Shown here: piece after piece, positions 25,875 to 38,879 of the stretch
Layout of the letters: the number at the start of each line of letters is the position of its first letter
Numbering within the stretch: the first letter of the stretch is position 1
Source of the DNA: Leucoraja ocellata
Taxonomy: Eukaryota
Reading direction: 5' to 3'
Length of the DNA stretch: 64,000 nucleotides
NCBI GenBank assembly: GCA_036785375.1
Contig: JAWMAR010000085.1
Coordinates: forward strand, 7,502,001-7,566,000
Program-made: the position numbers and the translations under genes
The notes under the pieces: model-generated
Told to the model about the DNA's origin: nothing
Database searches by the model: none
The model's input: only the letters and a program-made list of their open reading frames with translations

Positions 25875-26186
25875 CATAGAATATGAGCAATAAATAAATA
25901 TATTTACGTGCATACAGTCATAGTAGTGCAAATCTTTTTTTTCCTGGTGGGAGGAGTGTCCGGGGGGGGGGGTGGTTGGCAATCACCGAGGTACAGTGTT
26001 GAGTAATGTAACAGCCGCAGGGAAGAAGCTGTTCCTGGACCTGCTGGTCTGGCAACGGAGAGATCTGTAGCGCCTCCCGGATGGTAGGAGGTAAACAGTC
26101 TATGGTTGGGGTGAGAGCAGTCCTTGACGATGCTGAGCGCCCTTCGCAGACATCGCTTGCTTTGGACAGACTCAATGGAGGGGAAG
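25875..26186 (-). mobile_element. Rex/Babar LINE 3' fragment (same family as 41096-43003)
   Basis: [18 protein letters not shown] is near-identical to the C-terminus of ORF 41247-43025. Confidence 0.8.
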
Positions 26187-26470
26187 TCACGCACGGGCGT
26201 CCTCCTTACAGGGACTAGCACCCTGGAGACACCCATGGTCAGCCATGACCGAAGGGGGTCTAAGAAGAAGAACCGTTGAATCAATGTGAGATGGTCTTGG
26301 TAATAAATAGAGTGCAACCATTGACAAAGACTTTTCCTAATTTGATCTAAGTTTTCTTCCAGACTTTATCAGCTGCCTCATCTTTCTGCGGCACAGTGGT
26401 GCAGCTGGTAGAGCCGCTGCCTCACAGCGGTGGAGACCCGGGTTCAATCCGGACTATGGGTGCTGACTAT

Positions 26471-27218
26471 AACCATATAACAATTACAGCACGGAAACAG
26501 GCCATCTCGACCCTTCTAGTCCGTGCCGAACACATAATCTCCCCTAGTCCCATATACCTGCGCTCAGACCATAACCCTCCATTCCCTTCCCATCCATATA
26601 ACTATCCAATTTATTTTTAAATGATAAAAACAAACCTGCCTCCACCATCTTCACTGGAAGCTCATTCCACACAGCTACCACTCTCTGAGTAAAGAAGTTC
26701 CCCCTCATGTTACCCCTAAACTTCAGTCCCTTAATTCTCAAGTCATGTCCCCTTGTTTGAATGTTCCCTACTCTCAGTGGGAACAGCTTTTCCACGTCAA
26801 CTCTGTCTATCCTTCTCATCATTTTAAAAACCTCTATCAAATCCCCCCTTAACCTTCTGCGCTCCAAAGAATAAAGCCCTAACTTGTTCAACCTTACTCT
26901 GTAACATAGTTGCTGAAACCCAGGCAACATTCTAGTAAATCTCCTCTGTACTCTCTCTATTTTGTTGACATCCTTCCTATAATTAGGCGACCAAAATTGT
27001 ACACCATACTCCAGAATTGGCCTCACCAATGCCTTGTACAATTTTAACATTACATCCCAACTTCTATACTCAATGCTCTGATTTATAAAGGCCAGCACAC
27101 CAAAAGCTTTCTTTACCACCCTATCTACATGAGATTCCACTTTCAGGGAACCGTGCACAGTTATTCCCAGATCCCTCTGTTCACCTACATTCTTCAATTC
27201 CCTACCATTTACCATGTA
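26471..27218 (-). mobile_element. CR1 LINE (second family), 5'-truncated, inserted into a SINE
   Basis: RDLGI...LVRPILEYGVQFWSP...RRRLRGDLIEVFK. ACTAT is duplicated at 26466-26470 and 27219-27223, and the SINE halves join across the insert. Confidence 0.88.
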
Positions 27219-30047
27219 ACTATGTGTGGAGTTTGCACGTTCCCCTATGACTGCGTTGGTTTCTTCCGGGTGCTTTGGTTTTCTCCCACATTCCAAAGAT
27301 TTGGAATGGTAGGTTAATTGGCCTCTGTAAATTGCCCATGTGTGTAGGGAGTGGATGAGAAAATGGGATAACATGGAAGGAGTGTGAATGGGTGATCGAT
27401 GGTTGGCGTGGATTCGTACCCGGGTCTCTGGCGCAGTGAGGCAGTGACTCCACCCGCTGCATCGCTGCGCCATGCTTGCCGACACTGGACTGCCACTTCT
27501 GCTTGGGACTGTGGAGGAGGAATGCGTGTTTCATGCGTGTGTATTGAATGAGGAACAGAAGGCTTGTGGGTCTCAAACCTTCTGTGTGGTTACCCTCAGG
27601 AATGAAGAACAATTTCAAGAAGTACTTGCAAAGTGTAAGGAGCTCTTTAAAGCAAATGTTCTTAACAGCATTTGGTACTCCATAGCCAGTTAGTCCACGC
27701 GCAAACTGTGGGAACAGCACCTCATATTCCGCTAGGGTTGCTCACAACCCAATGGTATGAACATCGAATTCTCCAATTTTAGGTAACTACTAACCTACAA
27801 CCCCCACTCCCACCCTTCCCTTCCCTTCCCCACCACCCCTCTCTTGTCCAACCATCTGTCTAACAAACCCATCCCGCTCACCTGTATCCACCTATCACTC
27901 CCTGCCTGAGGTCACCTGTTGCCGCCTCTGGTTTGTTCTAGTATTTTCTTGATTCCAGTTCCTGCCCTCCACCCCCCACCACCTCACAATCAGTCTGAAG
28001 AAGGATCCCGACCTGAAACATAACCTATCCACGTCCCCCAGAGATGCTGCCTGACCCGCTGAGTTACTCCAGCATTTTACGTCTAGTTTTAGTATAAACC
28101 AGCATCTGCAGTTCCTTTCTATTACATTTCATTTCATTCCACCTCTCACTCGTTGGGCTTTGTCCTGCCCCCTCCTCTCCTCCAGCTTACTCCACCCCCC
28201 TCCCACCACCACCACAATCAGTCTGAAGAAGGGTCCCATCCCAAAACGTTGTATTTCCGTCTTCTCCAGAGATACTGCTTGATCTGCTGAGTTACTCCAG
28301 CACTTTGTGTCTTTTTGTTGTAAAGCAGCATCTGCAGTTCCTTGTTTCTCCATGCTGTTGGCCTTCATTTTGCCCAAAGCTAGATCAGCCTTCCCATTGT
28401 TGTTCGGTGATAAGGTCTCATGGTGGTGTTGGTGCAGAGACTACCTTGCCTCCCACTAATTCCCTCCAACCTAGAGGACCCTTTCTCATGTGGATGGCTA
28501 TCTAGTTCATGGGTACAGCATGGAAACAGGCCCTTCAGCCCATTGAGTGCACGCCGACCATCCATCATCCATTCACACGGGTTCTATGTTATCCCACTTT
28601 CTCATCCACTCCCGACATACTGGGGGCAATTTACAGAGGGACGATTATTCTACAAACCCTCACGTCTATGGGATGTGGGAGGAAACTGGAGGAAACCCAC
28701 GCAATCACAGGGGGAACATGCAAATTACACACACACACAATGAAAGTGAGTGATCTTTTTATTCCTCTCTCTATGGAGGATTGAGCTCAATGTGGTGACG
28801 TAAGGGTAGGATGTCAAGGGAAGGGTAAAGGCAGGGTGTGGTGTCGGAATGACTGTGGGAGATTAGGCAAGGATTAATAGACTGTGTGACGAACAACTTC
28901 TCTCTGTCTCTTACGAAGCAAGAACACAAAGGAGGGTGTTTTCTGTATGGGGTTTACCTTGATAAATCTTGTAAGGACATGAAATATCTCTTGACGTCGC
29001 TCCTTCATACGATGATTCTTGCCCCAGTCGCCTCCTCTTTGACTCATAGTCATGGAGTCATACAGCATGGAAACAAGCCCTCTGGTCCAACTTGCCCACG
29101 GGAACAAAATGTCCCATCTACACTAGTCCCACATGCCTGTGTTTGGCCCATATCCCTCTAAACCTGTCCTATCCATGTACCTGTCTAAACGTTTCTTACA
29201 CGTTGCAAAGTCCCTGATATGGTGCCCCCGATAGATCTTCCACCCTCCCCCCTCAACTCGTGCGGAGAATCAGCGGTGACAGAGTCGCTGCCTCACAGCA
29301 CCGGATAGAACACATGTCTATCTTCATGTCACATAGGTTGATTGACATCTGTAATAGGCCAACATGTTTGTAGGTTAATTGGCCCTCTGTAAATTTCCCC
29401 TGGAGTGTAGGAAGTGAAAGAGAAAGTGGGATAACGTGGAACTAGTGTAAACGGGTGATCGATGGTCGGCATGGACTGGGCAGGCCGAAGGGCCTGTGGC
29501 CATGCATTCCAATCTCTCCACGTGCATTTGCTCTGCTCACTGGGGCAATGATGACCATTTGCTGAAAATCTGCCATCTCGATCCTGCACCATCTCTCAGT
29601 AGAAAGATACAAAAAGCTGGAGTAAATCAGCGGGACAGGCAGCCTCTCTGGAAAGAAGGAATGGGTGACTTTTCAGGTCAAGACCCTTCTTCAGATCGAT
29701 GTCAGGGAAGAGGGAGATACATAGATAGGGAAGTGCAAGGTGTGAAATCACGACAAAGGGGGTGGTGATCAAGTAAAATGTAGACCAGGTCATTGTTAGC
29801 TGGGAGAAGGTAACAACAAAGTAAACAGAGATAAAATGTAGTCGGAGACAGTCAGACTGGTCGGAGAACTGGGAAGGGGAGGGATGGAGAGGAAAGCAAG
29901 GGTCTCATTGTTTAGTTTATTATTGTCGTATGCACCGAGGTACAGTGAAAAGCTTTTAGTTATGTGCTATCCAGTCAGCTGAAAGACTATACATGGTTAC
30001 AATCAAGCCGTCCACACAGTACAGGTACAAGATAAAGCAAATAATGT

Positions 30048-30252
30048 GTAGGAAGGAACTACAGATGTTGTTTCAAACTGAAGATAGACACAAAAAGCTG
30101 GACTTACTCAGCTGGACAGGCAGCATCTCTGGAGAGAAGGAATGGGTGACGTTTTGAGACTGAAGAAGGGTCTCGACCGGAAACATCACCCATTCCTTCT
30201 CTACAGAGATGCTGCCTGTCCCGCTGAGTTACTCCAGCTTTTTGTGTCTATA
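30048..30252. mobile_element. Penelope-derived fold-back mini-element with hammerhead core in the loop, 9-bp TSD
   Basis: Inverted arms at 30084-30154 and 30181-30251; CTGAAGAAGGGTCTCGACCGGAAAC between them; AAATAATGT at 30039-30047 and 30253-30261. Confidence 0.8.
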
Positions 30253-31851
30253 AAATAATGTTTAGTGCAAGATAAGGTTCAGTAAAGTCGGATTAAAGAT
30301 AGTCCAAGGGTCTCCAATGAGGTAGATGGGAGGTCAGGGCTGCTCTCTAGCTGTTGATGGGATGGTTCATTGCATGAAAACAGCTGGGAAGAAACTGTCC
30401 CTGAATCTGGAGGTGTGTTTTTACACTTCTGGGCCTCTTGCCTGAGGTCAGTTGTAGTGGAGATGCTGGCAGGTTGCTGCTGCATGCTTGCCATTGGGAA
30501 TGTACCTTTAAGCAACGACATCCTTCCACGCTGCGGCGTAACTAGGTGTGTACCTTCACTAGAATGAGTTGGGTGTGGATCTGTCAGAAAACACTCGTCC
30601 CGCTTCAGGGCTTGATCACGTGCCTATAATGTGTCAGAGTGGATTTTAACAAGCTATTTCATAATGTGTAGCTGGGAAAGCCTTGTGCACATACACACTG
30701 CACACTTAGCAGTATTTAAGAGTCAGATAGTCCTGACCCAGCTCAATAAGACTTTGGTTCGGAGTATTACGTGCAGTTGTGGTTGCCCCTTTACAGCAAG
30801 GATGTGGATGCTTTGCAAAGAGTTACCATTACCATAATAAGAGACGTAAAATGTTGGAGTAACTCAGCCGGTCAGGCAACATCTCTGGTCCACATCTCTG
30901 GTGACATTTCGGATCTTGTGTGATGCCTGGGTTAGGGTGTATCTGCTCAAAGGGAGATAGAGGTTGGACAGACTTGGATTGTTTTCTCTGGAGCAGCGGA
31001 GGTTGAGGGGACACCTGACAAGAGCAGATAAAATGATCAGAGGCATAGATAGGATAGACAGTCAGAACCATTTTCCAGAGTGGAAGTATCAAAGACTGGA
31101 GGACATCATGTTAAGGTGAGAGAGGAAAAGTTTAAAGGAGATGAGCAGGACAAGTTTTTCCACAGAGTGGTGGCGAGTGCCTGGAACACGTGGCCAGGGG
31201 TGGTGGTGGAGGCAGATACGATGGTGGTGTTTAAAAGACTTTTGAGCAGCCACATGGATGGGCAGGAGCGGAGGGATATGGATCATGTTCAGGCGAAGGG
31301 CATGTTCCTGTGCTGTACTGTTCTATGTTCTAAGAGCATTTAGAAAATCCAGTTTCTAAACCGAGTTGAGTCATTTCTGCTTTTCTCACAATACACCGCA
31401 GGTGATAAAGTATAAAACCACATGGTATTAAAATTTGATACAGTATAAAAATATGTGGTACTAAAATTTGCATTCTTGTTTAAATATTTTACAATGAAAT
31501 ATCATGGTTTAAATCGTCCTGTGCATGTATAATTTTAAAATAAACTGCATAGCTCTTTAGCTTAAGAAATGGAATGATTTTGTAAGGCAAAACACTTGCC
31601 TACTATTAGCAAATGATATATTAACACTGGAAGTTTTGACATTCTGGATTGTTCAATGAAATGCTGTAATCCAAGGTTACTGGTTGTTGAGATAAATGTG
31701 ACCTTGATAGTAACATGATTTTAATGCCAAAACCAAGTCTTATTAATGTAGACTGCATGGGTACAAGCATACAGAATAGTCAGTCTCAATTTTAAAAAGT
31801 TAATTGCTAGTAATTTTTCTTCGTCCTTGGCAGTTGAAATATATGGAAACA

Positions 31852-32016
31852 CTAGACCAAATGGGACCCGTTGGGACCCGTTCCCCAACGCGGGGAGGGG
31901 GGACGCGGCATCTGCACCCACCCCATAGACAGGGCACACCGGAGCAAATCACCCCCATCATCCCCCGCAAGGAAAATGATGGAAATTATGGAGACAATTA
32001 ATCGTCCCCACGTTGG
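31852..32016 (-). mobile_element. Probable non-autonomous Helitron 3' end
   Basis: Minus strand ends GGGTCCCAACGGGTCCCATTTGGTCTAG|T (hairpin-like sequence then CTAG), matching the termini at 55077 and 55705. Confidence 0.6.
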
Positions 32017-32019
32017 GAG

Positions 32020-32397
32020 ATAATAATAATAATAATAATAAATTTTATTTATGGGCGCCTTTCAAGAGTCTCAAGGACACCTTACAAAGATTTAGCAGGT
32101 AGAGGAAAAACATGTAAGGGGAATGAAATAAATAGTAGAGACATGACTAGTACACAAAGTAAAGACAGAATGCAATCCAAAACACAATAATAAGGCAATT
32201 AATGCACAGATGAAAAGGGTGGGGGACGTGGGGCTAAGGATAGGCAGAGGTGAAGAGATGGGTCTTGAGGTGGGACTGGAAGATGGTGAGGGACACGGAA
32301 TTGCGGATCAGTTGGGGGAGGGAGTTCCAGAGCCTGGGAGCTGCCCTGGAGAAGGCTCTGTTCCCTAAACTGCGGAGGTTGGACTTGTGAATGGAGG
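32020..32397 (-). mobile_element. L2-clade LINE 3' end with (ATT)n tail
   Basis: Minus strand reads GTAAGGTGTCCTTGAG...AAAGGCGCCCATAAATAAAATT(TAT)n, preceded by LWNSLP-type coding remnant. Confidence 0.7.
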
Positions 32398-32429
32398 GGG
32401 CGGGGTGCGGGAGCGGGGGTTTGGGGGGT

Positions 32430-32680
32430 GGGGCATCTTGGCCAGACCCGGGAGCAAACCAACAGGGAGATCGCCCCCTGCCACCGATCGGCCCTCCCCA
32501 CTCCCTGCCTTGTGTCCAAACACCAGGATCGTGGGACTAAAATGCAACCAGAACTTGAGGAGCAGCCCCTTCACATATTCGTACAGGGGCAGCAACATCA
32601 CACATTCCATATACACGTGGAACACGGTCTCTACCTTGCCGCAGAAAATACAGGAGCCCATGAACCGGCCCTGCGCAACA
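32430..32680 (-). mobile_element. L1/Tx1-clade LINE C-terminal zinc-finger fragment
   Basis: CIFCGKVETVFHVYMEC (CxxC...HxxxxC, zf-RVT-like) in ORF 32365-32661. Confidence 0.7.
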
Positions 32681-32964
32681 CTCTCTATCCCTCTCTACCT
32701 CTCTCTCTCTCCCCCTATTGCAGCTTTGGCCAGGTTTTAGGCACCATGTTATTGGAAAGATGTTGTTAATCTGGAAAGGGTACAGAGAAGATTTATGAGG
32801 ATGTTGCCAGGACCTGAGAGCCTGAGCTATGGGGAGAAGTTGAGCAGGCTAGGACTCTACATCTTGGAGCACAGGAGAGGATAAGGGGTGATCTTATAGA
32901 GATGCATAAAATCTTGAGAGGATTAGATCGGGTAAACGCACTCTTTTGCAGAGTGGGGGAAATT

Positions 32965-34221
32965 GCAGAGTTCGCTTACCGCCACAACAGATCAATGGTG
33001 GATGCGATCTCGCTGGCCCTCCAATCCACTCTGGATCTCTGGACAACAAAAACTCATGTCAGGCTGTTATTCATCGATTACAGCTCGGCATTTAACACAA
33101 TCATCCCCTCCAAGCCGGTTACCAAACTCGCAGAACTGGGTCTCTGCGCATCCCTCTGCAATTGGATCCTCGACTTCCTCATTCACAGACCACAGTCTGT
33201 TCGTATTGGTGGAAATGTGTCAGCCTCGATAACAATCAGTACGGGAGCACCTCAAGGCTGCGTGCCCAGCCCCCTGCTGTACTCACTCTATACTCATGAC
33301 TGCAGAGCCGGTCACAGTGCAAACTCCATCATCAAGTTCGGTGACGACACCACTGTTGTGAGACGTATCACTGATGGGGGTGAGTCAGAGTATAGAAGAG
33401 AGATCGAGCGACTGTCCATATGGTGCCAGCACAATAACCTGGCCCTCAACACCAGCAAAACCAAGGAACTGATTGTGGTCTTTGGAAGGGGACCCACAGC
33501 ACCGTTTATATCAACGGGTCGATGGTTGAAAGGGTCAAGAGCTTCAAATTCCTGGGCGTTCACATCTCTGAAGATCTTTCCTGGTCCGAGAACACTGATG
33601 CAATTATCAAGAAAGCTCATCAGCGCCTCCACTTCCTGAGAAGATTACGGAGAGTCGGTTTGTCAAGGAAGACTCTCTCTAACTTCTCCAGGTGCACAGT
33701 AGAGAGCATGCTGACCGGTTGCATCGTGGCTTGGTTCGGCAACCTGAGCACCCTGGAAAGGAAAAGACTACGAAAAGTAGTAAACACTGCCCAGTCCATC
33801 ATCGGCTCTGACCTTCCTTCCATCGAGGGGATTTATCGCAGTCGCTGCCTCAAAAAGGCTGGCAGTATCATCAAAGACCCACACCATCCTGGCCACACAC
33901 CCATCTCCCTGCTACCTTCAGGTAGAAGGTACAGGAGCCTGAAGATTGGAACAACCAGGTTCAGGAATAGCTACTTCCCCACAGCCATCGGGCTATTAAA
34001 TCTGGCTCGGACAAAACTCTGATTATTAATAACCCATTATCTGTTATTTGAACTTTATCAGTTTATTTATTCATGTGTGTATATATTTATATTACAGTAT
34101 ATGGACACACTGATCTGTTTTGTAGTAAATGCCTACTATGTTCTGAGTGCTGAAGCAAAGCAAGAATTTCATTGTCCTATCTGGGACACATGACAATAAA
34201 CTCACTTGAACTTGAACTTGA
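32965..34221 (+). mobile_element. Rex/Babar LINE, 5'-truncated, inserted in a CR1 remnant
   Basis: ORFs 32902-33639 and 33522-34022 ([27 protein letters not shown]), then AATAAA and a (CTTGAA)n tail. Confidence 0.88.
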
Positions 34222-35436
34222 GAACCAGAGGACATCGGTTTCCGGTGAGATAAGGGGTAACAAAATGAATAGGAACCTGAGGAACCTGAACGTTTTCATA
34301 AAGAGCGTGGTGGGTGTATGGAATGAGCTGCCGGAGGAGGTAGTTAAACAGGTACTATCGCAATATTTAAGGAACATTTAGACAGGTATATGGGTAGGAT
34401 ATCCTGTGGAAATCCCCCGTCTGATTACTTAGAGCAAATAAACAGTGGTCAAACAGATACTGCAGCATATTGCATGTTGTTGTGTGAGGAAACACCTGTG
34501 TGTTTGCACCACCCCTATCGCAGGGAATGGCCTTTGTACGCTTTGTAACCAACATGCCCCATCTACACTAGTCACACCTGCACGCGTTTGGCCCATGTCC
34601 CTCTAAATCTGACCTATCCATGCACCTGTCCAAACGTTTTAAACGTTGCTACAGCACCTGCCTCAACCGCTTCCTCCACATACCTCGTTCCACAGTGTAA
34701 ATAAAAGTTGACCCTCGGGTTCCTATTAAATCTTTCTCCACTTACCTTAAACCTATGTCCACTGGTTCTGATTCCCCTACTGCAATGTCCACTGGTTTTT
34801 GATTCCCCTCTCCAATCACATACGCACACTCATGTGCGCACACACACACGCTGTTCACATTTATGCCTTCTTCCGCAGTCTGTAGATTTCCACCTCCTAA
34901 TGCAGGCTGAATATACAGCCTTCCTAGAAGACACACACACCACTCTTACACCCACACCAGTCTCACCACTCACTCACACGCACACACAACTCTCTCACAC
35001 ATACATGGGGTTAGGAGGGAAAGATAGAAGGGAATAGGAAGGAAAGCCATGATTGAATGGCGGAGTCGACTTGAATGGCCTAATTCTACTCCTTTTCACT
35101 CACTCACTCACTCACTCACTCCACACACACACTACACACACACACACATAGCCACCCTTTTACTCCTAAAATACCTGTGGAATCTCTTGGGATTTCCCAT
35201 TACTCTGCCTGCCGACTGCATTTCCTGTGCTATTTTTGCCCTCCAAACTGCCTTCTTAAATATCCCCTACACTTCCCATAGCTGATTTACAACGCAATCT
35301 CCGGCGTAAAAAGAGCACAGCTGTCGCCCAGAGTTTGACAAACCGGTTGACATCTGCCCAGTTCACCAACAGTTGCAGCGTGAGCCAATTCGGAAGTGCT
35401 GCCATTCTAATGAGATCATAAACTGACAGTACAACC

Positions 35437-36224
35437 TAAAGATCTTAGAGCAGGGGTGAGGGAGTGCGCGGCCCGGGGACAGGGAGTGTGGGGCCCGGGG
35501 CAGCGGGGAGAGGGGCATAGGAGGGGGGGCGGGGGGGAGACATTGTAGTGTGGGGGGCAGGCGAAGGAGTGCCGGGGGGCGGGGGGGGGGGGGAGAAAGT
35601 TGAGGGGTGGGATAAGGCCTAATGTGTGTGAAGTTACTGGGAGGTTTACAATGTTTCTTATTTAATGTCCCTTGTCTAGTCCGAAATAAAGTTCATCATT
35701 GGATCAGAAGAAATATAATTGTGTGTGTTATATGATTATATACATTTATATCACATTCATGTATGTGTGTTTATAAACATTTTATTCTTTAACAAGAATT
35801 AACAGAATTATGAACTAGCAAAATTATGAATCTAACCCTATATCACGCACAAAAACTTCCCCCGCAATGTCAATTACCCTGCGAGTCGGGTCGGGTCCGT
35901 TCCGGTTACTACAAAATCAACTCAAACACTGCTTGTGAGCCATTTAAAAAGAAATGATTTAAAAACATTAAAAAAGACAATTATCAGAGTCAAATTTTAT
36001 TCTTGACAAGAAGTATGAACTGACAGAATTATGAATCTAACCCTATATCACACACACACAAACTGTTGCCCCGCAACATTGGTTACACTGCGAGTCGGGT
36101 CGGGCCAGGTAGGCTCCGGTTACTAAAATGGGCGGGGAAAAGTGCCCAGGATCCCCTCCGTAGCGTACTACACGTCAGCCCATTTCGCAAGAGTGGCCTA
36201 TCTTGCTCTGCTCTAAGATCTTTG
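35437..36224. mobile_element. Non-autonomous DNA transposon (hAT- or P-like MITE)
   Basis: Perfect 16-bp inverted repeat AAAGATCTTAGAGCAG (35438-35453 / 36208-36223). 8-bp flanks GTACAACC / GTACAGCC. Internal duplication of about 110 bp. Confidence 0.72.
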
Positions 36225-36508
36225 GTACAGCCCACACACACACACACACACCCTCATCGAGGTGCACCTTGTTTAACTAGTCCCTGCATTAGCAGCACCA
36301 AGCCACTGCAGATTGACGACTGCCGATTTCTGCAAAAGAAATGGCAGAACAGTAAAACTGGGATGCAGAACTTAAACAACTTGTGGCTGCAATGTTTTTT
36401 TTTACATAGAACTGCTGCTCAAATTCGCGGTTAAAAGAGACTGCCAGTCATTTCTGAATCTTCTGTAACGACTGAGTACAACCCAGACGGTTGCCCGGAC
36501 TTACAGGG

Positions 36509-36578
36509 ATGGAGTTGCCTCGTTCGACTTCTTTGAAGATTGCAAAGTTTCTGATATTCTCTCTGATTCTCTCGTTTG
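36509..36578 (+). CDS. Signal-peptide exon of the CD101/IGSF3-like gene (not in ORF track)
   Basis: gggATGG start context. Reads MELPRSTSLKIAKFLIFSLILSF with donor TTTG|gtgagt in phase 1. It joins 49629 to give ...LILSFETCIA|QRKV, matching the signal cleavage context of IGSF3 (VVSA|QRQV) and CD101 (LSIG|QREV). Confidence 0.8.
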
Positions 36579-37786
36579 GTGAGTAGCCAGTTTATCGTTG
36601 TACCATGTTAGTCCTTGTGGACGGAGCACCTATGTCCCATGCTGGGAGATGTCACGCCTTGTTTTAACCTGTCAAGGTAATGATGGTTCTTAAAGCCGCA
36701 CCTTTGGTAGAACTGCCCCTGTCGACTGCTATAAACCAGCAACAAGGAACTAAAGTATTCTGTGCTAGTAATTATTAAACGTCTCTGAGAAACGCCAGCT
36801 TGCATTTGTATTTGCATTTGTATTCGAAATGTCACAAGTTATTTCTACAGTTTCAACAAAAAAAAGATTGAGATATTAATATCGGGCTAGTCACAAAGAG
36901 TCATAGAAACCGTCCCTTCGGTCCACCTTGTACATGCTGACCTAGTCGGTACACATTACGACTCTATGACTCGATTTGCCTGCATTTGGCCCATAGTCCT
37001 CTAAACCGTTCCTATCCAATTACTTGTCCAAATGTTTTTTTTAAATCACGAGATGAATGGATAGGGCGAATGCACAGTCTTTTACCCAGGGTGGGGGAAT
37101 CAAGAACCAGAGGACATATGTTTAAGGCGAGAGGGGAAAGATTTAAAAGGAGCCTGAAGAGCAACTTTTTGAGTCAGAGGGTGGTGGGTGTATGGAATGA
37201 GCTACCGAAGGAGGTAGTTAGTGTAGGTAACCTGAGACAGGTATTTAACATTTACATGTTGGAATTTACATTTACAACATTTAAAAAGACATTTGGACAG
37301 GTACATGGATAGTAATGTTTTAAAAGGATATGGACCAAACACAGGCAGGTGGTACTAGCATAGATAGGACATATTGGTCAGATGGGCTGAAGGGCCTGTT
37401 TCCACACTGTATGATACGACCCTAAGTCACAATTGTTTCTGCTTCAATAGCTTCCGCTGGCAGATTTAGCTTTTAGTTTAGAGATACAGCATGGAAACAG
37501 GCCCTTCAGCCCACTGAGTCTATGCTTACCATTGATCATCCATTCGCACTAGTTCTATGTTATCCCACTTTCTCATTAACTCCCTACACAATTTACAGAA
37601 GACAATTAACCTACAAACCTGCACGTCTTTGAGATGTGGGAGGAAACCGGAGCACCTGGAGGAATCCCATGTGGTCACAGGAAGAACGTGCAAACTCCAC
37701 ACACAGGCAGCATCTATTTGCCTGCCTTTGCCCCCATATCCCTCCAAACCTTGATTATTCAGTCAGAGGGTGGTGGTTGTATGGAA

Positions 37787-38791
37787 TGAGGAGGAGGAGC
37801 CATCTTGGGGAGTGTACGGAGGAGGAGCCATCTTGGAGAACGTCTGCTAACCAGCAGCCGTCCATTTAACTCACTTTTTGTCGGAGTTTTAGTAAGTCCT
37901 GTCCTTTGTCTGTTGGAGGATGGACTTTTTAATGTGAGGGGAAGGAGGTAATTATACTTCTAGGTCCCTACTTGGTCGGTGAGGCTGCTTTTTCTCCGGG
38001 CTGCCCCATCGACCCGTCCTCGTGGCCTACCAGCAGGCGTGGAGCGCCGTTTCCTGGCAGGGACCGCCCAGCACCATGGCTTCGGTGGCGGCACAGCGCT
38101 GGGGCGCTATCGCGGAGCGGGCGATGCCTTGCCTGGGTCGCCGCGCTGGATCGACATGCTGGAGCTCCGGTGAGCTGTGACCGCCGAGATCAACATCTCC
38201 GGGCTGCGGGTCTGCGGAGCGGGCGGTGCCGACTCTAACATCGGTAGCCTGGAAGCTCCAAACCGGTGCGGCCTTGTCGGCTTCGGAAGCTGCCGTCCTC
38301 AGTCAGGAAGCGGCCGTTCCAGGTGGCCCAGCCGCTGAGAGGACTCTCCCGACGCTGGGGCAACATCACCCGGTGAGAATGGCCAGGAACATCGGGCCTC
38401 CGTGGAGGCAATAGCGGTGGCCTCAATAGGCCTGACTTTGGGTGAACTGGGGATGGGGACTGGACATTGTGCCTTCCCCCACAGTCATAACCATTGTGGG
38501 GGGATGATTTTTTTTTTTCGTGTGTAAGTAAACATGTTAGTTTGTGTCCAAGATGGCTGTCGGAAGGGAGAGTGGACGCTGGCACGCTTTAGCTGCCGCT
38601 GCTCTCTCTTCACATTGTGTTTTTGATTTTTTGTCTTTGGATTGAATTCTGTTTTTAATTTGTGTTTTGTGATGTCTTTATTATTTATTTTATTACGATT
38701 ATTTGTTTTATTATTCTTGTTAATCTTTGTAAGGTGTCCTTGAGATTTTTGAAAGGCGCCCCCAAATAAAATGTATTATTATTATTATTAT
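37787..38791 (+). mobile_element. GC/CpG-rich composite non-autonomous retroelement ending in an L2-type tail
   Basis: 3' end AAGGTGTCCTTGAG...AAAGGCGCCCCCAAATAAAATG(TAT)n, as at 32020. 5' duplicated GGAGGAGGAGCCATCTTGG. No recognisable protein. Confidence 0.55.
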
Positions 38792-38879
38792 TCATATATC
38801 AATCCAAATGCCTTCCCTCCCACTTTATTCTCAAATTCAGTGAAGAGTGTTTTATTGTCCCAAACAGAATAATTAAATT

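Noticed and set aside
27472-27720. Protein-like 73-aa ORF or hidden intergenic exon
   Set aside because: No recognisable family, no convincing splice pair, and it starts in a SINE fragment; it may be unique regulatory DNA but this is unsupported.
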